Source: Pelagomonas calceolata (lineage: Eukaryota). Taken from it: a stretch of 64,000 nucleotides of DNA. This document shows, in pieces, positions 30,684 to 42,397 of the stretch; within the stretch, counting starts at the first letter, position 1; every line of letters starts with the position of its first letter. A model generated the notes under the pieces. It was not told the DNA's origin, searched no databases, and saw only the letters and a program-made list of their open reading frames with translations. The stretch is taken from contig CAKKNE010000001.1 in NCBI GenBank assembly GCA_918797485.1, forward strand, positions 1,240,001-1,304,000, written 5' to 3'. A program made the position numbers and the translations under genes.

Positions 30684-33158
30684 ATGTCGCAGTCCCTCCT
30701 CGACCTCATCGCGACCCAGGACGACGAGGAAATTGTAGAGGAGGCGCCGGCGCCGGCGCCGGAGCCGGTCCCGGAGAAGCAGCGGTCGCGCGCGCGCACG
30801 GACCAGCGCGCGCTCGTCCCCGAGGGCACCTTTTCACAAAGCGCGGTTCAAAAATCAGAGGCCTGCGCCGACCAGGCCTTCGGGTGGCGCTTCGTCGGCG
30901 GCAAGCGCACCTGGAAGGCCCATGATCTGCCCAAGCCACCGAACGCGAAAGCTCAACCTCGGGTATGTGCCGCCGCCGCGAAAAGATTTGGGAGGCAGAA
31001 CCACACGAGCGCCGCGCTGCGCTGCTACGCGGCGTCATTAAGGGCGGCGCGGGACCCGGCGCTCGTCGGCGACGTCGGCGTCTTCGCGGCGACGGACCCC
31101 CAGCTGCTGGCGGCGACGCGCGATGCCTTCGCGGCCGTGGCGCGGTGGGACGGCGCGCCGCCTTTAGAAAGAACGCGCTGCGCGGCGCTGCTCTACGATC
31201 TATGTCCAAACGACCCGACGGCCTTGGTAAGGGCGGCGGAGGCCTTGAGCTCCGAGCGCGTGCGCGCGGAAGACCGGGGCGCGCGGGCGTGCCTCCTCTC
31301 GGCGCGCGCGGCGCTGCTTCTTGTAAACGCGGCGGCGCCGACGGTCGCCGCGGACGCGCGGCACCCGGCACAGCTCGACGCTTTGATCATAACGCTGCGG
31401 AAGCACGCTCAACAAATCCGCGCGAACGCCACGGCCCGGGACGCCCTGGACCGCGCGCGGCGCGCCGCGGCGCGCGTCGAGCTCCGGGGCAAGCCGGCGG
31501 AGGCCGTCGCGCGGGCCGCGGCGCGGGCCGCGTCCATCGCCACCGCCGTCGCCGCCTGCGCCGACGCCGTCCTCCTCGACGGCACGGCGTTCGCGCCGCG
31601 TGACGACCTTGCGGGCGGCACGATACTAGTCGCGGATCTGGCGGAGAACGAGGGCGACGGCGCCGCGCTGGCCGCGTGGCTCGCGTCCGACGCGACGGCC
31701 CCGCAGCGCCTCGCGGCCGCCGGCGTGGCCGAGGACGCGGCGCGGGTCGTCGGCGACGCGACGCTCTTCCTGCGCGCGGCGGCGGCGGCGTGCCTCCGGA
31801 AGAACACGAGCGACGCGTGGGTGGCGCTCGCCGAGGCCGTATCGGCTGACATCGACACCGACGGCGTCGAGGCGGCGCGGCGCGCGGTCTTTCCGGAGCG
31901 CGTCGCGTCGGCGCGTATTGATGCGTGGTTCGCGCCGCCGAAGCGGAAGAAGAAGAGGTTCCCGCGGGAAGTCTCGGACGCGGCGCGGGCCGCGAAGATG
32001 GTCGTGGCGGCGCTCGCGGCGACTGACGAAGCGGAGGCGTTCGCGCGATCAACAGCGGCGGACCTCCGCGCTGCGCGCGCGGCGCCCGAGGCGCGGCCCA
32101 CGACCGGCCTCGACCGCTCCGCGCGGGCGCCGGTGCTGCGGGCCGGCAGCCGCGCCGCGCTTGAGGCGGCGCTTGCGCAAGAGGACGATGGCGATGTGAT
32201 TGCGCGGTTCCTGCGCGTCGCCGACACGCAGCTGCTCTGGGGCCGGGCCGAGCCGGCTGCCGCGCTGGCCGCCGCGCCGGCGCCCCGAAAGGTTCCGGGC
32301 AATGGTCCGCGGTACGAGGCACCGGCGGCACCCGCCCCCGCGCCCCCGAAGAAGAAGAAGCAGCGCCGCCAGGGCTGCGACTGCGCCGCGACGGGCCCGC
32401 ACCGGCGGACGTGCCCGCTCTACCGGCCGCCGGCCCCGAAGCCCACACCGACGGACTTTTGGGCCCGCGAGGCCGCGCGCCGCTCGGCCGAGGTCCAGGC
32501 GCGTGTCAACGAAATCGGCGGCGGCGGCGACGACGACGACGAAGAGGAGGAGGCCTCGCCGCCCGCGAGCGCCGCGCCCAAGCCCAAGCCCAAGCGCGCG
32601 CCGTCGATGAAGACGTGTCCGGCATGCTCCTTGAAGGTGCACAACCGGCGGGCGACGTGCCCTGGCTGTGGCGCCGCGTTCCCGAAGAAGACCGACGGGC
32701 ATTGGAGCGGCGGCGTCTGGCGGCCGGCCAGCGACGTCGCCGCGTCGGCAGCGCCTCCCGCACCGGCCCCGGCCGCGCCGCCGGCCGCTGTGCCACCTGC
32801 CGTGCCGCCGGCCGCGCCACCGGCTGCACCGACGGCCGCCGCGCCGACGGCCGAGCCGGGCGACCTGTGGACGCCGGACGAGGACGCGGCGCTGCGGCGC
32901 CTCCACGCGGAGCATGTCGAGACCCCGTCCAGCGATCGCGGCGGCCTCTGGGACGTGATTGCGGCGGCGATCGGCACGCGACGAACGGCGTCGGCCGCCG
33001 AGCAGCGGTGGAAGCTGATCAAGCACAAGAGCGCCCCGGCGCCGGCCGAGCCGCCGTCCAAGAAGCGAAAGAAGAGTGAGAAGCGCGTCGAGAGGAAGAA
33101 GAAGAAACAGAGGTCCCGGGTGTGGGACCTCGACAAGAAGAAGTATGTAACAAGCTAG
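30684..33158 (+). CDS. Hypothetical nuclear protein with zinc-ribbon motifs and a Myb/SANT-like domain
   Basis: CDCAATGPHRRTC; KTCPACSLKVHNRRATCPGCG; WTPDEDAALRR...WDVIAAAIGTRRT...EQRW; basic NLS-like tail. Confidence 0.75.
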   Translation: MSQSLLDLIATQDDEEIVEEAPAPAPEPVPEKQRSRARTDQRALVPEGTFSQSAVQKSEACADQAFGWRFVGGKRTWKAHDLPKPPNAKAQPRVCAAAAKRFGRQNHTSAALRCYAASLRAARDPALVGDVGVFAATDPQLLAATRDAFAAVARWDGAPPLERTRCAALLYDLCPNDPTALVRAAEALSSERVRAEDRGARACLLSARAALLLVNAAAPTVAADARHPAQLDALIITLRKHAQQIRANATARDALDRARRAAARVELRGKPAEAVARAAARAASIATAVAACADAVLLDGTAFAPRDDLAGGTILVADLAENEGDGAALAAWLASDATAPQRLAAAGVAEDAARVVGDATLFLRAAAAACLRKNTSDAWVALAEAVSADIDTDGVEAARRAVFPERVASARIDAWFAPPKRKKKRFPREVSDAARAAKMVVAALAATDEAEAFARSTAADLRAARAAPEARPTTGLDRSARAPVLRAGSRAALEAALAQEDDGDVIARFLRVADTQLLWGRAEPAAALAAAPAPRKVPGNGPRYEAPAAPAPAPPKKKKQRRQGCDCAATGPHRRTCPLYRPPAPKPTPTDFWAREAARRSAEVQARVNEIGGGGDDDDEEEEASPPASAAPKPKPKRAPSMKTCPACSLKVHNRRATCPGCGAAFPKKTDGHWSGGVWRPASDVAASAAPPAPAPAAPPAAVPPAVPPAAPPAAPTAAAPTAEPGDLWTPDEDAALRRLHAEHVETPSSDRGGLWDVIAAAIGTRRTASAAEQRWKLIKHKSAPAPAEPPSKKRKKSEKRVERKKKKQRSRVWDLDKKKYVTS

Positions 33159-33168
33159 TTTGTGAATA

Positions 33169-34005
33169 TTACCTCCCAGCACGCCGTCGCAGGAAAAAGC
33201 TGTAATCGTAGACCGCCGCCGGGCGGATGTCGTCGGCGGCAGGACTATCGTCAAACGCTGCGACCCTCAGCGTTTCCCGCACGCCTTGATCGACGCGATC
33301 GTAGCGGTGCCACGCGGTGTACGTTCCTGAAAGGCTCGTCAAAGCCGCGTCGGCGTCGTCGACTACTGAAGCCTGCGCCCAGCGCTCCGCCACGATCAGC
33401 GACGACGGCGACGGAGATTCAGATGCACAGGCCAGGCGGTCGGCCACGATCCGCTGCGGGAGGACGCCGCGCTTGACCGTCGGTGCTCTGTAATTCACGA
33501 TCGTGCGCCTGTCGTTCTGCTGCTCCAGGCGGATGTCGGTCGCGTCGGACCAGAAGGCCTTGAGCGTCGACGCCGCGTTCGTGACATCCGAAGACGTCCC
33601 GAGCGTCGAGGCGTAGGACCGTGCATATCCTTTCGGCGCGGCGCCGGCGTTCGGTATCGCTAGGATCGTGCCACGCCTCGCACCCGCGATGGTCTGCGTA
33701 AAGCCGCCCCGCGGGTAGTACGAGCCCGACTGCGGGAAGCTCACGCCTTCGAAGCGTGACGCTGCCACTGTCCAGTCGCCGACGAGCCAGTCTGGCGTTT
33801 TGGCATCGCAGGTGCTCGGCGGCAGAGGACGCAGCACTTTGGTTCTCGCGGAGAATGCGTCTTCCAACAAGGCATCATTCGCCAGCGCTGCACCGGGTGC
33901 TAGTGCGACTGCTGCAGCCCCTAGATTGCAGCACTGGCGTCGCGTGCATCGTAACGCGGTGGCTGTGCTGCTCCCGAGCGCTGCTGACACAAGCAGTCTT
34001 AGCAT
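33169..34005 (-). CDS. Plastid/thylakoid-lumen-targeted hypothetical protein
   Basis: Signal peptide, TRR...AAAVAL...ALA lumenal signal, PDWLVGDW motif. Confidence 0.7.
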   Translation of the reverse strand: MLRLLVSAALGSSTATALRCTRRQCCNLGAAAVALAPGAALANDALLEDAFSARTKVLRPLPPSTCDAKTPDWLVGDWTVAASRFEGVSFPQSGSYYPRGGFTQTIAGARRGTILAIPNAGAAPKGYARSYASTLGTSSDVTNAASTLKAFWSDATDIRLEQQNDRRTIVNYRAPTVKRGVLPQRIVADRLACASESPSPSSLIVAERWAQASVVDDADAALTSLSGTYTAWHRYDRVDQGVRETLRVAAFDDSPAADDIRPAAVYDYSFFLRRRAGR

Positions 34006-34331
34006 CGTCTGTGTGGTTAAAATCGTTGCCACAGCGTAGCACTACTGCTCTTTTACGTTCTTTCGAGTGCAGATTGGACCAGAGTGCACCTTTTCAGCGA
34101 CACTCTCGCTCTGTTGGCCAGAGCTCAGCACAAAAGCCAGAGCTCGTAGTTCGTCCTAGTATGTCTATCGACACTACCCCTCGAGCCACGCCATTTCGCG
34201 CAGCCAGCCAGCTAGGCTAGCCTGGCTCCCGCTCGGTTTCGGCATCGCGTATCCTGGTCGGTCGTCAGCGTTCAGCCCGCTTGCAGAGCCGTCGGACGGA
34301 CCGGTTTCAAACACCACGTGCTTGGGAGAGC

Positions 34332-35891
34332 ATGAGGTCATTCGCGGCGCGAGCCACGAAGCTCGCCCTGCTCCTCGCCGGCGCAGCGCAAGCGTTGAGG
34401 CCGTCCACACCACAAATACGCACGAAAACCACCTTAAGAGCTTTCACGAATCCCTTCGCGCAGCGGCCCGACGAGCTCCAGGAGCTAGAACCCTACGAGA
34501 CCGCGCCGTTGTTCGGAGAATGCCGACGGAAGTTGGCGGCCTGCATCATTGTGGGCTTTGAAGACTTTGGCGGCGTCGCCACGAACGCGCAAGCGGAAGT
34601 GGAAGTCGCGGCGGCCGACGTGCGCCTCCGAGCACTGGTCAAAAAACTTTTCGAGGCGGGCATCACGCAGCCCTCCCCGAAAGCGGCCTACGGCCTCGCT
34701 CGGTTAGCTACCTGGACCGGCGGCGGGCTGGACTCAAGTAAATGGGTGCGCGAGCCCGAGGCGCTGGAGATCACTACGGACGATGCTGATGAAGCCGTCG
34801 CGTCGCTAGGAACCCATTTATTGGAGACCTACGACGCCATTGCGCCGTTGCGAAATGCTTTGTTGTTAGACGCGTCGCAGGACCCGCAGCGGACCAATAG
34901 GATTGCCCTAAGGTTCGTGCGGGCCTATGCCCAAACGGGCGGCGGCGAGACCTCCGTGCGCAAGGCGGTTCAGACCTTCGTTCCCTCTTTAACGAAGAAG
35001 GCGTCTGCTTTATTCTGTGATGAAAAAGGATCACCTTTAGCAGCATTAAGGCGAGCCCAAGCTTCCGCCGCGGGCGCGCCCGATTGGGCTGGAGACGCCA
35101 TCGCCGACTCGGTCTTCGGCCAACGGCTAAATGAGCCAGACGTAGAGACCTTCCTCGACAAAGATGCGTTAACGTGGCTCGCGACGCACGCCGAGACGCT
35201 CGACGAGCCGTCACAAGTACAGATCGCCCTGGACTACTTCTGCGAGCGCTATCGGTCAGATGAATCCTTCACTTGTGCCGGAAGGACGCCCAAGACCGTG
35301 CAACAACAAATGGACGCCTTTGCTGAATCCACGACCGTTTTCGACGACGACGAGGCCTTCCTGCCGAATCCTGAAGGATTAAGGCCCATGATCCTGGAAG
35401 GTGTTGTCATACCACCTCGTAATGTGACCGTGCCCTACGATGAAGATGGGGGCTGGTACGAGGGCCACGGCCCGTATGAACTTGGGGTAGGTACTGCTAG
35501 AGGAGGCAAACCAAAAACGATTCGTGTCGAGGAGATCCTCTCGCTCAAGAGGCTGATCATGGAGGGCAACAAGCTGGACAACTGTCTGGAGGACCGGAGG
35601 AGTTCGCAGGTCAAATATGTACTAAGAGCGCGGCAGCGGACGAGTTCGTTCTGGTCGTTTACGATCGCGGATCCGGACGGTTCTAATTTAAAACACGTGC
35701 TGTTGCTGGAGGTCTGGCATTTACGAAGGGGCAACGTCGTCCGCCAGGCGGAGGGGCCGCGGCCGCGGACGCTGCCTTCCCCGGAAGCGTGGCACTGGAT
35801 GGAGCACTGGTGCGACCGGGAGGGCGTCGACTGGCGCACGTGGGACGTCTACTCGCGGCTCGAGAACATTTATCCCGTGGAGCCGCTCTGA
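34332..35891 (+). CDS. PcfJ-like domain protein with bipartite targeting peptide
   Basis: C-terminal EEILSLKRLIMEGNKLDNCL...Y...SFWS...LLLEV...VRQAEGP; upstream FTCAGRTPKTV resembles the FSxKGRT motif of bacterial PcfJ-like proteins (recognised from memory). Confidence 0.7.
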   Translation: MRSFAARATKLALLLAGAAQALRPSTPQIRTKTTLRAFTNPFAQRPDELQELEPYETAPLFGECRRKLAACIIVGFEDFGGVATNAQAEVEVAAADVRLRALVKKLFEAGITQPSPKAAYGLARLATWTGGGLDSSKWVREPEALEITTDDADEAVASLGTHLLETYDAIAPLRNALLLDASQDPQRTNRIALRFVRAYAQTGGGETSVRKAVQTFVPSLTKKASALFCDEKGSPLAALRRAQASAAGAPDWAGDAIADSVFGQRLNEPDVETFLDKDALTWLATHAETLDEPSQVQIALDYFCERYRSDESFTCAGRTPKTVQQQMDAFAESTTVFDDDEAFLPNPEGLRPMILEGVVIPPRNVTVPYDEDGGWYEGHGPYELGVGTARGGKPKTIRVEEILSLKRLIMEGNKLDNCLEDRRSSQVKYVLRARQRTSSFWSFTIADPDGSNLKHVLLLEVWHLRRGNVVRQAEGPRPRTLPSPEAWHWMEHWCDREGVDWRTWDVYSRLENIYPVEPL

Positions 35892-35979
35892 TTAGGAACA
35901 TAAGTATATTTAGTGTCTAGCGAGCACGCCGTCGTCGACGCCGCGGCGCTGCCGGGAAGAGCTCTGCGGGTGGCGTTTT

Positions 35980-36003
35980 GCTAGTGTCTTACATGCCGCT
36001 AGC
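35980..36003 (+). promoter_or_regulatory. GCTAG-box element
   Basis: GCTAGTGTCTTACATGCCGCTAGC, about 100 bp upstream of ATG 36106. Confidence 0.75.
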
Positions 36004-36105
36004 CAGGCAAACTCGAGTCTCGCGAGCTTAGCCTTGGAAGCCGTCACGACGGCGATGTTTCGGAGTCAGCTAGATACCTCGAGTCTCATCCCTATAAGCT
36101 CAGAC

Positions 36106-37163
36106 ATGGTGGACAAAAGCGACGAGGAGACGGTCGAGGAGGAAACACAAGTCGAGCAGACCTCGGCGGCGTCGCTCGCCTGGGTCCTCGATACGTGCGC
36201 CGAGGCGGTCGTCGAACTTACGGACGCGGAGGATTTCGCGGACGCCTGTATATCTAGCGGCCCGGCGCACCACGCGCGGCTGATGACCGGCGGGGCGACG
36301 CGGGTGCTGCTGCGCGCGAACCGATCGCTGGTAATCACCCAGGGCCGCGGCTGGGCCGAGCAAGAGGAAGAATTTGAACTCACGCTCGCGGAGCACCTGG
36401 GCGCCGTCCGCGAGTGGATTGCGTTCGAAGAGGACGGCCGCGGCACCCGCGCCGAGCAGTGGGTCCAGGAACACGTCGCGCGGCTCCAAGAGAAGAAGGA
36501 CTGTAGATATACCAAACCCGAGGAGAAAGAGGAGTACGACGCCCGGATCCAGCGCGTCCGCGAGACGGGATTCATCACGGAGCCGGCGGACCCGCGCCGG
36601 GCCGCCGTGCTCGCGCGCCTCGAGGCCACCGTCTATTGCCACGGCGCCATTAACGTGCCCGCGGACGGGGACCGCGACCCGTACTTCGACTATAGCCAGA
36701 CGAACAGCAAGGAGACCGCGGTCGTGTTGTCCCTCAGCGATGGCCTGGGCGGCCGGCGCACGCTCTCTGGCCCGACAACGCGCGGTCGGGGGATTTTCGC
36801 GTCCGCCGCGTCTGCGGGGCCGGCGCGGTCAACACGTTCCCCCGCGTCGGCGACTCGGACCACAAGCCCCCGAAGTACGCGCGCAGCATGATGCAAAGCG
36901 CCGGCGAGTCCCCGCGCGGCGTTCTGAAGCGGATCCTGAGCAAGCTCTCGAAGATCGCGACGCCGGCCGCGCTCGAGTCGCTCCCGCGCCTCGTCGCCGC
37001 GCTGGGCGGGTCCGACTACCTCCACGACATCGTAGGGTCCATCAACCGGAAGTACTACAAGCGGAAGCTCCGGCAGCACGAGGCGCAGGCTGGGAAGGGC
37101 GTCGAGCCCGACCCCGAGGAGGAGCAGTACTGGCGCTACGAGATCCCGCACACCATCTCCTAG
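36106..37163 (+). CDS. Hypothetical protein with an apparent frameshift at about 36765
   Basis: A GC3-rich frame runs from MVDKSDEE to GGRRTL, then continues in another frame (WPDNARSGDFRV...MMQSAGE...YEIPHTIS) across a CTCTCT run. Confidence 0.55.
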
Positions 37164-37250
37164 GGAACGCGTAATCTACGTATCTTACCCACCCTATTCG
37201 CCGCCGCCGCGGCGAGCAAAGAGCACCGGCCTTCATCAAAGCTCCCAGCA

Positions 37251-39114
37251 CTACTCCAAGGCCACGACCTTCCCGATGGCAATCGACTTGCCCTCGTCCC
37301 TCAACGTGAAGCGACCCAACTGCTGTAAATCCTCAAACGGCTCCAGACATATGGTCTGCGGCACCGTCATCGTGCATAATATAACCGCGCCCTGTTTGGC
37401 ATAAGGCAACACGCGAGGCTTCGGCTGGCCCGGCTTCAGTTTAATATTGATCTGTTCGATGATCTTATCTACGACGACTTCTGATTCGACCGTGTGAGCA
37501 TGTAACATACATTCATACCCGGCAGTAACGATCGGTTTATGCTCGAGCAGATCCACCAAAGCTAACTGCGCCGTGAAAGATAACACCGCTCTGCAAGGAG
37601 GCTGCTTGCACAAAACGAAGCCCTTGCAGATGTCGTCGATGTTGACATTATTACCTAACTTGATGTGGACATTTTCCCCTGGTTTTGCGCTAACAATGGG
37701 AACGGTGTCGTTCACAAATATACCTTCCACGGTCGTTTCCGTCTTGGTAGGCATGATGATGACTTTATCACCTTTCCTCACTCTACCAGCTTCGACCTTA
37801 CCCATCGTCATGCAGCCCCGGTCGTGATACCTGTCGAGCAACGGTATCCTGAGAGGCGCATTCGCATCTCTCCCTTCGATTTGTAGCTTATCTAACATCT
37901 CCAACAACGTCTTCTCGGAGGAAATGGGATGACCCTCCTTCGAACAGGCGTCCCACCACTTGCATGCTTTGCTGTCGACCTCCTTGAGGACGTTGGCTCC
38001 GGTAAGTCCAGAAATGGGTATGAATCGGACCTCCTTCTTGATGATATAACCGCACGTTTTTAAGAAAGGCTTGAGCTTCGAGACGCACTCGTCGAAGCGC
38101 TCGCGCTGCCACTTGACCTGCGCGTGGCACATGTCGCGTCGGCGGGCGTGAGATGAATCTCCCGTCACTCTCTCCGCGCCGTGCGCACGCCGTCGCGTCG
38201 AAGGCGTACCGCTCCCACCTCCACGCCATCGACGCGATACCAATGTATAGATATATTTGTATATATGTATACCATATACAAAGACACTGGTAACATACTG
38301 TAGGGTCGTCCATCTTGTTGATGACGACGATCAAGAACCGAACTCCTAAAGTTTTGCAGAGCATGGCGTGTTCTCGCGTCTGGCCGCCCCGCTCGAAGCC
38401 CGTCTCGAACTCGCCTCGTCTGGCGGAAATGACGAGGATGCCCACATCAGCTTGCGCCGCGCCTGAAATCATATGAGGGACGTAATTTTTATGTCCAGGA
38501 GCATCCAGGATCGTGTAGCGCTTCGCCTCCGTCTCGAAGGGCGCGCGGCCGACTTCTACCGTCTTGCCCTTGGCGCGTTCCTCTTCATTGGTGTCCATAA
38601 TAAAGGCTAGAAACCACGACTCGCGGTTCCGTTGTTTGGCCTCCCGCTCGTACTTCTCGATCGTGCGCTTGTCGACGTAGCCCGTTAGGTATAAGATATT
38701 ACCGGATAAGGTACTTTTGCCGGCGTCGACGTGGCCGATAAATACGACGTTCAGATGCTCGCGCGGGTCCTCCTCCTGCACTTCGACGACCTCCTCAACA
38801 ACCTTCTCCTCCTCGGCCGGCGGCGGCGGCGCCGGTGACGCTTGCTGGGCCTTCTCGAGCTTCTCGAGGTCCACTAAGTCCATGTGGTCCCATATGGCTT
38901 CGTTCGCTATCAAATCATGAGGGTTCTGCAGCAGGCGCTTGGCCTCGGTCCGGTCGTTGTTGGCCAGTTTTAGTATGGTTTTCCAGAGCTTGTCCTTCTC
39001 CTCCGGCACCGGTTTGGTCTCGGCGGCGGGCGGCGGCGGCGGCGGCGCGGCGCCGCCGGGCGTCCACTCGGACGCGCCGGCGCTGAAGCTGAAGGAGGCG
39101 GCGTTGGGATTCAT
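37251..39114 (-). CDS. SUP35: Eukaryotic release factor 3; exons 39114-38299 and 38117-37251
   Basis: PAM2-like MNPNAASF, GHVDAGKS, KGKTVEVGRA, DAPGH, NKMDDPT/VKW, LGRFTLRDEGKSIAIGKV. Confidence 0.96.
38118..38298 (-). mobile_element. 181-bp GT-AG intron, diverged introner-family copy with an AT-rich segment
   Basis: Starts GTATGTTA-CCAGTGTC; contains CGCGTCGATGGCGTGGAGGTG (identical to the ERGIC3 intron); ends CCACGCGCAG; join restores DDPT/VKW. Confidence 0.8.
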
Positions 39115-39343
39115 GGTTCGTGCGCTCGCGCTCGCGTCGCGCTCGCTTCGCGCCGCGTCGCGGCTCCGGGCTGCTGCAAAGCTGCAAGTAGGTCACTACT
39201 TGCTGATCGAGCTTGCTGCTCCTTCACTGCTCGCGGCGGTTGTTCACTGCTGTCTCTAAGATCCAAGCAGCACACGTGGCGCGCAGCAACCGCTATTTCT
39301 TGCGCTAGGCCACCCAATCGCGCCCCTCGCTAGATTGGAGCAC

Positions 39344-39367
39344 GCTAGCGGCATGTAAGACACTAGA
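39344..39367 (-). promoter_or_regulatory. GCTAG-box element
   Basis: Reverse complement TCTAGTGTCTTACATGCCGCTAGC (23 bp identical to the 35980 copy) between divergent eRF3 and TPS. Confidence 0.78.
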
Positions 39368-39625
39368 AAGCCAAGCTCTTTACGCCCCAGCTAAACGCAG
39401 AGCTCTGTGCAGGCGTTGGAAGTGACACGGCAGCTCTACGGGTCGCCAAATCTATCGCCAAGGCGTGAGCGCACGCTCTCGCTGCCGCAGACCGAGGCAT
39501 CCGAATAGCCAGCTCTCTCTCGCGCAGCGCAGAGCGCCAACGCCGAGCGCCAACGCCGGCCGACGCGGTCCGCATATAGAGCTCATCTCAGCGACCAGCG
39601 AAGCTAAATCACTGGCAGCGCGACC

Positions 39626-42397
39626 ATGGCCGACGCCCCGCCGCAGCCGCCCGCGCCCCCGAGCAAGGAGCAACAACTTAGCATAGAGGAGCAGCAAATT
39701 ATTGCGGAAATCCAAGAACTCCAAAGACATTTGCGCGAACTCAAGGCCCAAGAGGGCCACGACGACGACGAGGAGCTCGTCGTGCCGACCACAAAAACGC
39801 GGACACCGAGAAGGGTCCTCGTCGTGGCCAATAGACTACCTATTAGAGCGAGACGAGACGCGCGCACCGCAAGATGGACCTTCGACACGGCTCCCGGTGG
39901 CTTAGCGACGGCGCTGCGAGGCATCGCGACGGACGTCGAGTTTGTGTGGGTCGGGTGGCTCGGGGCTGATGTCCCGCCCGCCGAGCGGCCTCGCGTCGCG
40001 GAGCGGCTCATGAGGGAACACGGCTGCTACCCCGTCTTTCTCGATGCTCAATTAGTAGATAGGTACTACAACGGCTTTTGTAATGACGTGCTATGGCCCC
40101 TGTTTCACTACGTACCCCTACCGGCCTACCAGGCCGGCGCCGAGAAGAAGTTCGACGCGCGGTTGTGGGAAGCCTATAAGGAGGCGAACGCGCGCTTCGC
40201 CGATGCGGTCCTAGAGGTCTGGTCCGCCGGCCCGCCAACCGAGAACGATTCAACAGCAACGTCAAAGGTGCCGGACTACGTCTGGGTCCACGACTACCAC
40301 TTGATGCGCTTGCCCTTGGAGTTGCGGCGGCGAGATGCGAGAGTCTCTGTCGCTTGGTTCCTGCACACGCCCTTTCCGTCCTCGGAGATCTACAGGATCC
40401 TACCGTACCGACGAGAGCTCTTGGAAGGCTTGTTGCACGCGGATCTCGTTGGTTTTCATACGTATGACTATGCGAGGCACTTTTTATCGGCTTGTTCTCG
40501 TGTGTTAGATGTCAGTACAACGACCCCGAAGGGCATCGAGTTCGGGGGGCGGTTCTGTAGCATCGGCGTCTTTCCGATTGGCATCGATCCCACCCTTATT
40601 AGGAACACTCTGAAGAGCCGAGCGGTGCGCAGGAGAACGGCGGAGCTCGGGGCCACGTTTAAAGGGCGGAAAGTCCTCATCGGCGTCGATCGCTTGGACT
40701 ACATCAAGGGCATGCCCCACAAATTGCTGGCCTTTGAGTTGTTTTTGGCGAGGAACCCGTCGTGGGTCGGCAAAGTTACGTTGATCCAAGTCGGCGTGCC
40801 GACGCGTCCTTGGCCGGTGTGGAAATCGCGACCTCGTCTGATGGACACGAGTCGCGTCGATGGCGTGAAGGCGCCGTGACACTTTGATCTCCGCGCAGGC
40901 ACCGACGTCGCCGAGTATCAGGCGTTGGCCAAGCACGTGAACGAGCTTGTTGGAAGGATCAACGGTGTGTATGGTACGTTGGAGTACTCACCCATACATT
41001 ATATCAATCAATCGATCCCGCAAGACGAGCTGATAGCTATCTATCATCTCGCGGACGCGTGTCTCGTGACGTCCGTGCGAGACGGCATGAATCTCGTATC
41101 TCATGAATATGTCGCCGCTCAAGAATCGTTGGATCAGGATGATACTGGTATAGAGGAAACTAGACCGAGATCTCGAGCTTCGTCGAGCAAAGACGACGAC
41201 GACGTCCTCCAGCCCTTCGTCAAGGAGGGGCCCGGCGCGTTAGTATTATCGGAGTTCGCCGGGAGCGCCCAGTCGCTGTCGGGCGCCATCCGGGTCAATC
41301 CCTGGAATACTGACGAGCTTGCGAGGGCGATCCACGACGCCCTCACACTCACGAGAGTGGAGCGGGAGCTGCGGTGGGCGAAGCTCCACCGCTACGTCTC
41401 GACGAACACGGCGTCGTACTGGGCGCGGAGTTTCGTCGACGAGTTTCGGGACGTCTGCGAGCACCCTCCTTTATTGCCGAAGCTGCCGAAGCTGCCCGCC
41501 GGTCGCGTTTTACAAGCTTATCAAAGGGCCTCTCGGCGACTAGTTGTCACGGACTACGACGGCACGCTGACCCAGATGCAATCACTACCGAGACTCGCGA
41601 CACCAGCGCCCGTCGTCACGCAGTTGCTCGCAACTTTATCAAGAGATCCGAGGAACACGGTCTACGTCGTTTCTGGGAGAGAGAGACGCTTCATGGAGAA
41701 GTGGCTCGGCCGATTGAAAGTCGGTCTGGCGGCGGAGTTTGGATTCTGTCACAGGGCGCCCGGGAGCGAAGAATGGACGTCATTGGGACGAGATCTGGAC
41801 ACGTCCTGGAAAGATGTGGTAAGGCCCATCATGCAGTACTTTGCGGAGCGGACTCCTGGTACTTATATCGAAAGCAAAGAATCATCTTTAGCGTGGCATT
41901 ATCGAGACGCGGACCCGCATTTCGGCGCGTGGCAGGCCAAGGACATGCAGATCCACATGGAAGATGTGATGAGTACGTTACCTTTGGAGATCATCCAGGG
42001 GAATCGGTTGGTCGAGGTGAGGCATGTGGGAGTCAATAAATCTTTAGTCTTGGAGGAGGTTCTGCGGCAGGGTCCGCGGAACGGCTACGACCCGCCGCCG
42101 CCTTCGCGATCCGAGGACTCGCCCCAAGTGGCCTTGACCGAGGACTTTGACTTTGTGCTCTGTGTCGGCGACGACCGAAGCGACGAGGACATGTATCAAT
42201 TATTGAAGAGCTGGCACTCTCGCAGATGCGAGGCCATAGATCATGAAGATGATAGGGCGCCGGACCTGTATAACGTGCACATCGGTCCCGGTGCTACTCA
42301 TGCCGAGTTCTGTTTGGAGAGCGTCGTGGAGCTGCGGAAGATCCTGCGGGGCATGGCCGCGACGTCGCTGAAGGATAGTAGGACGAGGAGGCGGTAG
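39626..42397 (+). CDS. TPS: Trehalose-6-phosphate synthase/phosphatase fusion; exons 39626-40805 and 40899-42397
   Basis: VVANRLP, YYNGFCNDVLWPLFHY, WVHDYHL, FLHTPFPSSE, GVDRLDYIKG, VPTR/TDVAEY, RDGMNLV; HAD motifs DYDGTL...GDDRSDEDM. Confidence 0.96.
40806..40898 (+). mobile_element. 93-bp GT-AG intron, introner-family copy
   Basis: GTCCTTGG-CCGGTGTGGAAATC...CGCGTCGATGGCGTG...TTTGATCTCCGCGCAG; contains an in-frame TGA; removal restores the conserved VPTRTDV. Confidence 0.87.

Noticed and set aside
37888..38298. eRF3, TPS and ERGIC3 as split or pseudogenised genes, as the ORF track suggests
   Set aside because: Each break is explained by an intron whose removal restores conserved motifs in frame
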